From the NCBI GenBank assembly GCA_017516925.1, contig JAFXAQ010000043.1, forward strand, positions 242 to 64,241: a stretch of 64,000 bases of DNA, written 5' to 3'. Shown one piece after another: positions 62,326 to 64,000 of the stretch. A program made the translations under genes and the position numbers. Within the stretch, counting starts at the first letter, position 1. Every line of letters starts with the position of its first letter. Below the pieces are notes generated by a model that saw only the letters and a list, made by a program, of their open reading frames with translations, made no database searches and was not told the origin of the DNA. This stretch comes from Oscillospiraceae bacterium. GTDB lineage: Bacteria; Bacillota; Clostridia; Oscillospirales; Oscillospiraceae.

Positions 62326-62926
62326 AAAGCTTCTTCAAAAATGTCATTCTGTGTATCGGGCAAGGACCGTTGCTTCGCAACGCATCATAATGCGCTCTTG
62401 TACCGTAGCCCTTGTGTATCTCAAATGCATAACCGGGATACTGCTTTGCCATTTCCAGCATAACATCGTCCCTTGTAACCTTGGCAAGAACAGAGGCGGC
62501 AGCAATGCTGGCGCTGAGGCTATCACCGTGTACAACTGTACTGGATGGGATGCCGAAATCCTTATTACGGTTGCCGTCAATTAAAATATGCTCCGGTTTG
62601 ACAGATAGCTGAGAAATGGCACGCTCCATCGCCAGAAACGTTGCCTGCAATATATTGATTTCATCAATTTCTTTTTCGTCAGCAAACCCAATGCCGTATG
62701 CAATTGCATTTTCCTGGATTATGGGAAATAATTCACGGCGTTTCTTATCCGAAAGCTTCTTGCTGTCGTTCAGGCCGGGGATTTCAATGTTGGGAGGAAG
62801 AATAACCGCCGCAGCGCAAACTGGCCCTGCAAGGGGTCCTCTGCCTGCTTCATCGACACCGCATACAAGGGTGATGTTTTTTTCGTAGAACGCTTCCTCG
62901 ATAGCCCACATATTCACATCACTCAT
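62312..62926 (-). CDS. rnhB: ribonuclease HII
   Basis: GVDEAGRGPLAGPV, DSKKL, AASVLAKVTRD, HKGYGT. Confidence 0.97.
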   Translation of the reverse strand: MSDVNMWAIEEAFYEKNITLVCGVDEAGRGPLAGPVCAAAVILPPNIEIPGLNDSKKLSDKKRRELFPIIQENAIAYGIGFADEKEIDEINILQATFLAMERAISQLSVKPEHILIDGNRNKDFGIPSSTVVHGDSLSASIAAASVLAKVTRDDVMLEMAKQYPGYAFEIHKGYGTRAHYDALRSNGPCPIHRMTFLKKLYGTE

Positions 62927-63792
62927 TGCTGTTCCTCCGGCATTTCCAAAGTAAAATAACCAAGCTTTCCGGCCCGATACTCGTCTATCAGAACCTTGCT
63001 CATCCGTTCAGTGTTAATTTCACCCCGGGCAAGCAAATATCCACGTTTGCGTCCCATCTCTTCAATGAGCATATATCCGGGCAGTCCGGGTTCAACGTCA
63101 ATTCCGTAACGATTGCGCAGGGTGTCGGGATAATACTTCCACAGAAGCTCCGCCAAATGGCAGGCGAGCTCCTCGATATCAATGATATTTTCCTTCACAG
63201 CACCGGTATAAGCGAGCATCATTCCTACTTCGGGGTCTTCAAATTTTGGCCACAAAATACCGGGTGTATCCAGTAAAAGGAGCCCTGTATCCACAGTGAC
63301 CCACTGCTTACCTCGGGTAACGCCAGGGCGATTCTCTGCTTTTGCGCCTTTTCTTCCGGAAATCTGGTTAATCAGGGTAGACTTACCCACATTAGGTATG
63401 CCCACAATCATAACCTTTAAGGGCCTGTTCAGTCCTCTGGCAGCATCCCGCTCCAATTTCTCTTTCAGAACAGAGCGAACTGCGGGCTGAAAGCTGTTAA
63501 TTCCTCTCCGGGATTTGCAGTCCGTAGCCACTGCCGCAATGCCTTTTTTCTTAAAGTACTCTGCCCATCGCTTTGTAGCGTTGGGATCAGCCAAATCCAT
63601 ACGGTTCAAAACAATAATTCTAGGCTTATTTCCGCAAATCGCATCAATGTCCGGATTTCTGCTGGACATTGGTATCCGGGCATCCACAATCTCACAAACT
63701 GCGTCCACAAGCTTTAAATCCGCTTCAATCTGCCGACGGGTTTTTGTCATATGACCGGGATACCATTGGATATTCATCGGTTTTTCGTCCAT
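62923..63792 (-). CDS. rbgA: ribosome biogenesis GTPase RbgA/YlqF
   Basis: WYPGHM, DARIP, PNVGKST, DTPG. Confidence 0.96.
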   Translation of the reverse strand: MDEKPMNIQWYPGHMTKTRRQIEADLKLVDAVCEIVDARIPMSSRNPDIDAICGNKPRIIVLNRMDLADPNATKRWAEYFKKKGIAAVATDCKSRRGINSFQPAVRSVLKEKLERDAARGLNRPLKVMIVGIPNVGKSTLINQISGRKGAKAENRPGVTRGKQWVTVDTGLLLLDTPGILWPKFEDPEVGMMLAYTGAVKENIIDIEELACHLAELLWKYYPDTLRNRYGIDVEPGLPGYMLIEEMGRKRGYLLARGEINTERMSKVLIDEYRAGKLGYFTLEMPEEQQ

Positions 63793-64000
63793 CAGGATAT
63801 CACCCCGATTCTACCAAAGTCACGTCCGTTGTTATCGCCGGGGAACATCAGCAAAATTGCCTTACCAAGTATTTCCCGACGGTCAATCAATCCAATTTCT
63901 GTGCTCCTGCTATCTTTTGAAACATTTCGGTTATCGCCCATAACAAATATGCAACCCTCATCCACAGTTAATGGAAACTCGATGCCCTCCTGCAAATTGG
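63792..64000 (-). CDS. lepB: signal peptidase I, C-terminal part (runs off window)
   Basis: FVMGDNRNVSKDSR box E; canonical position before rbgA. Confidence 0.85.
   Translation of the reverse strand, partial: NLQEGIEFPLTVDEGCIFVMGDNRNVSKDSRSTEIGLIDRREILGKAILLMFPGDNNGRDFGRIGVIS

Overview
64 kb of a spore-forming Clostridia chromosome (gene content and order fit an Oscillospiraceae/Ruminococcaceae-like gut Firmicute). It is mostly housekeeping and sporulation genes: T-box-valS, spoIIAA-AB-sigF, pcrA, ligA, yqfCD-phoH-ybeY-era-recO-mutS2, uvrC, xerD, pfkA, radA, cotJ, spoIIIA operon, ftsK, tig-clpP-clpX-lon-engB, rnhB, rbgA. Genes point mainly rightwards up to ~29 kb and leftwards after ~35 kb, so the window appears to span the replication terminus. 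At that switch, between xerD and a XerC/XerS-like gene, lie four related palindromic dif-like sites (core CAAAA-N6/9-TTTTG). A 3.6-kb element bounded by a 17-bp direct repeat is integrated there. It carries a HUH rolling-circle Rep, a phiX174-like nick site, ~1.2 kb of GC-rich hairpins, a catalytic-domain-only tyrosine recombinase and a candidate small RNA, but no virion genes. Its ends reconstitute what looks like a CTXphi-style folded ssDNA attP. I interpret it as a satellite-like integrative element exploiting a Clostridial Xer/dif system (inference). Other oddities: an APH(3')-family gene inserted antisense between the xer promoter and xer, a phage polyvalent-protein fragment placed right behind sigF, a frameshifted ftsK, a ThrC homologue lacking the PLP lysine, and a GTAG-type REP doublet. 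No rRNA, tRNA or CRISPR array was recognised.
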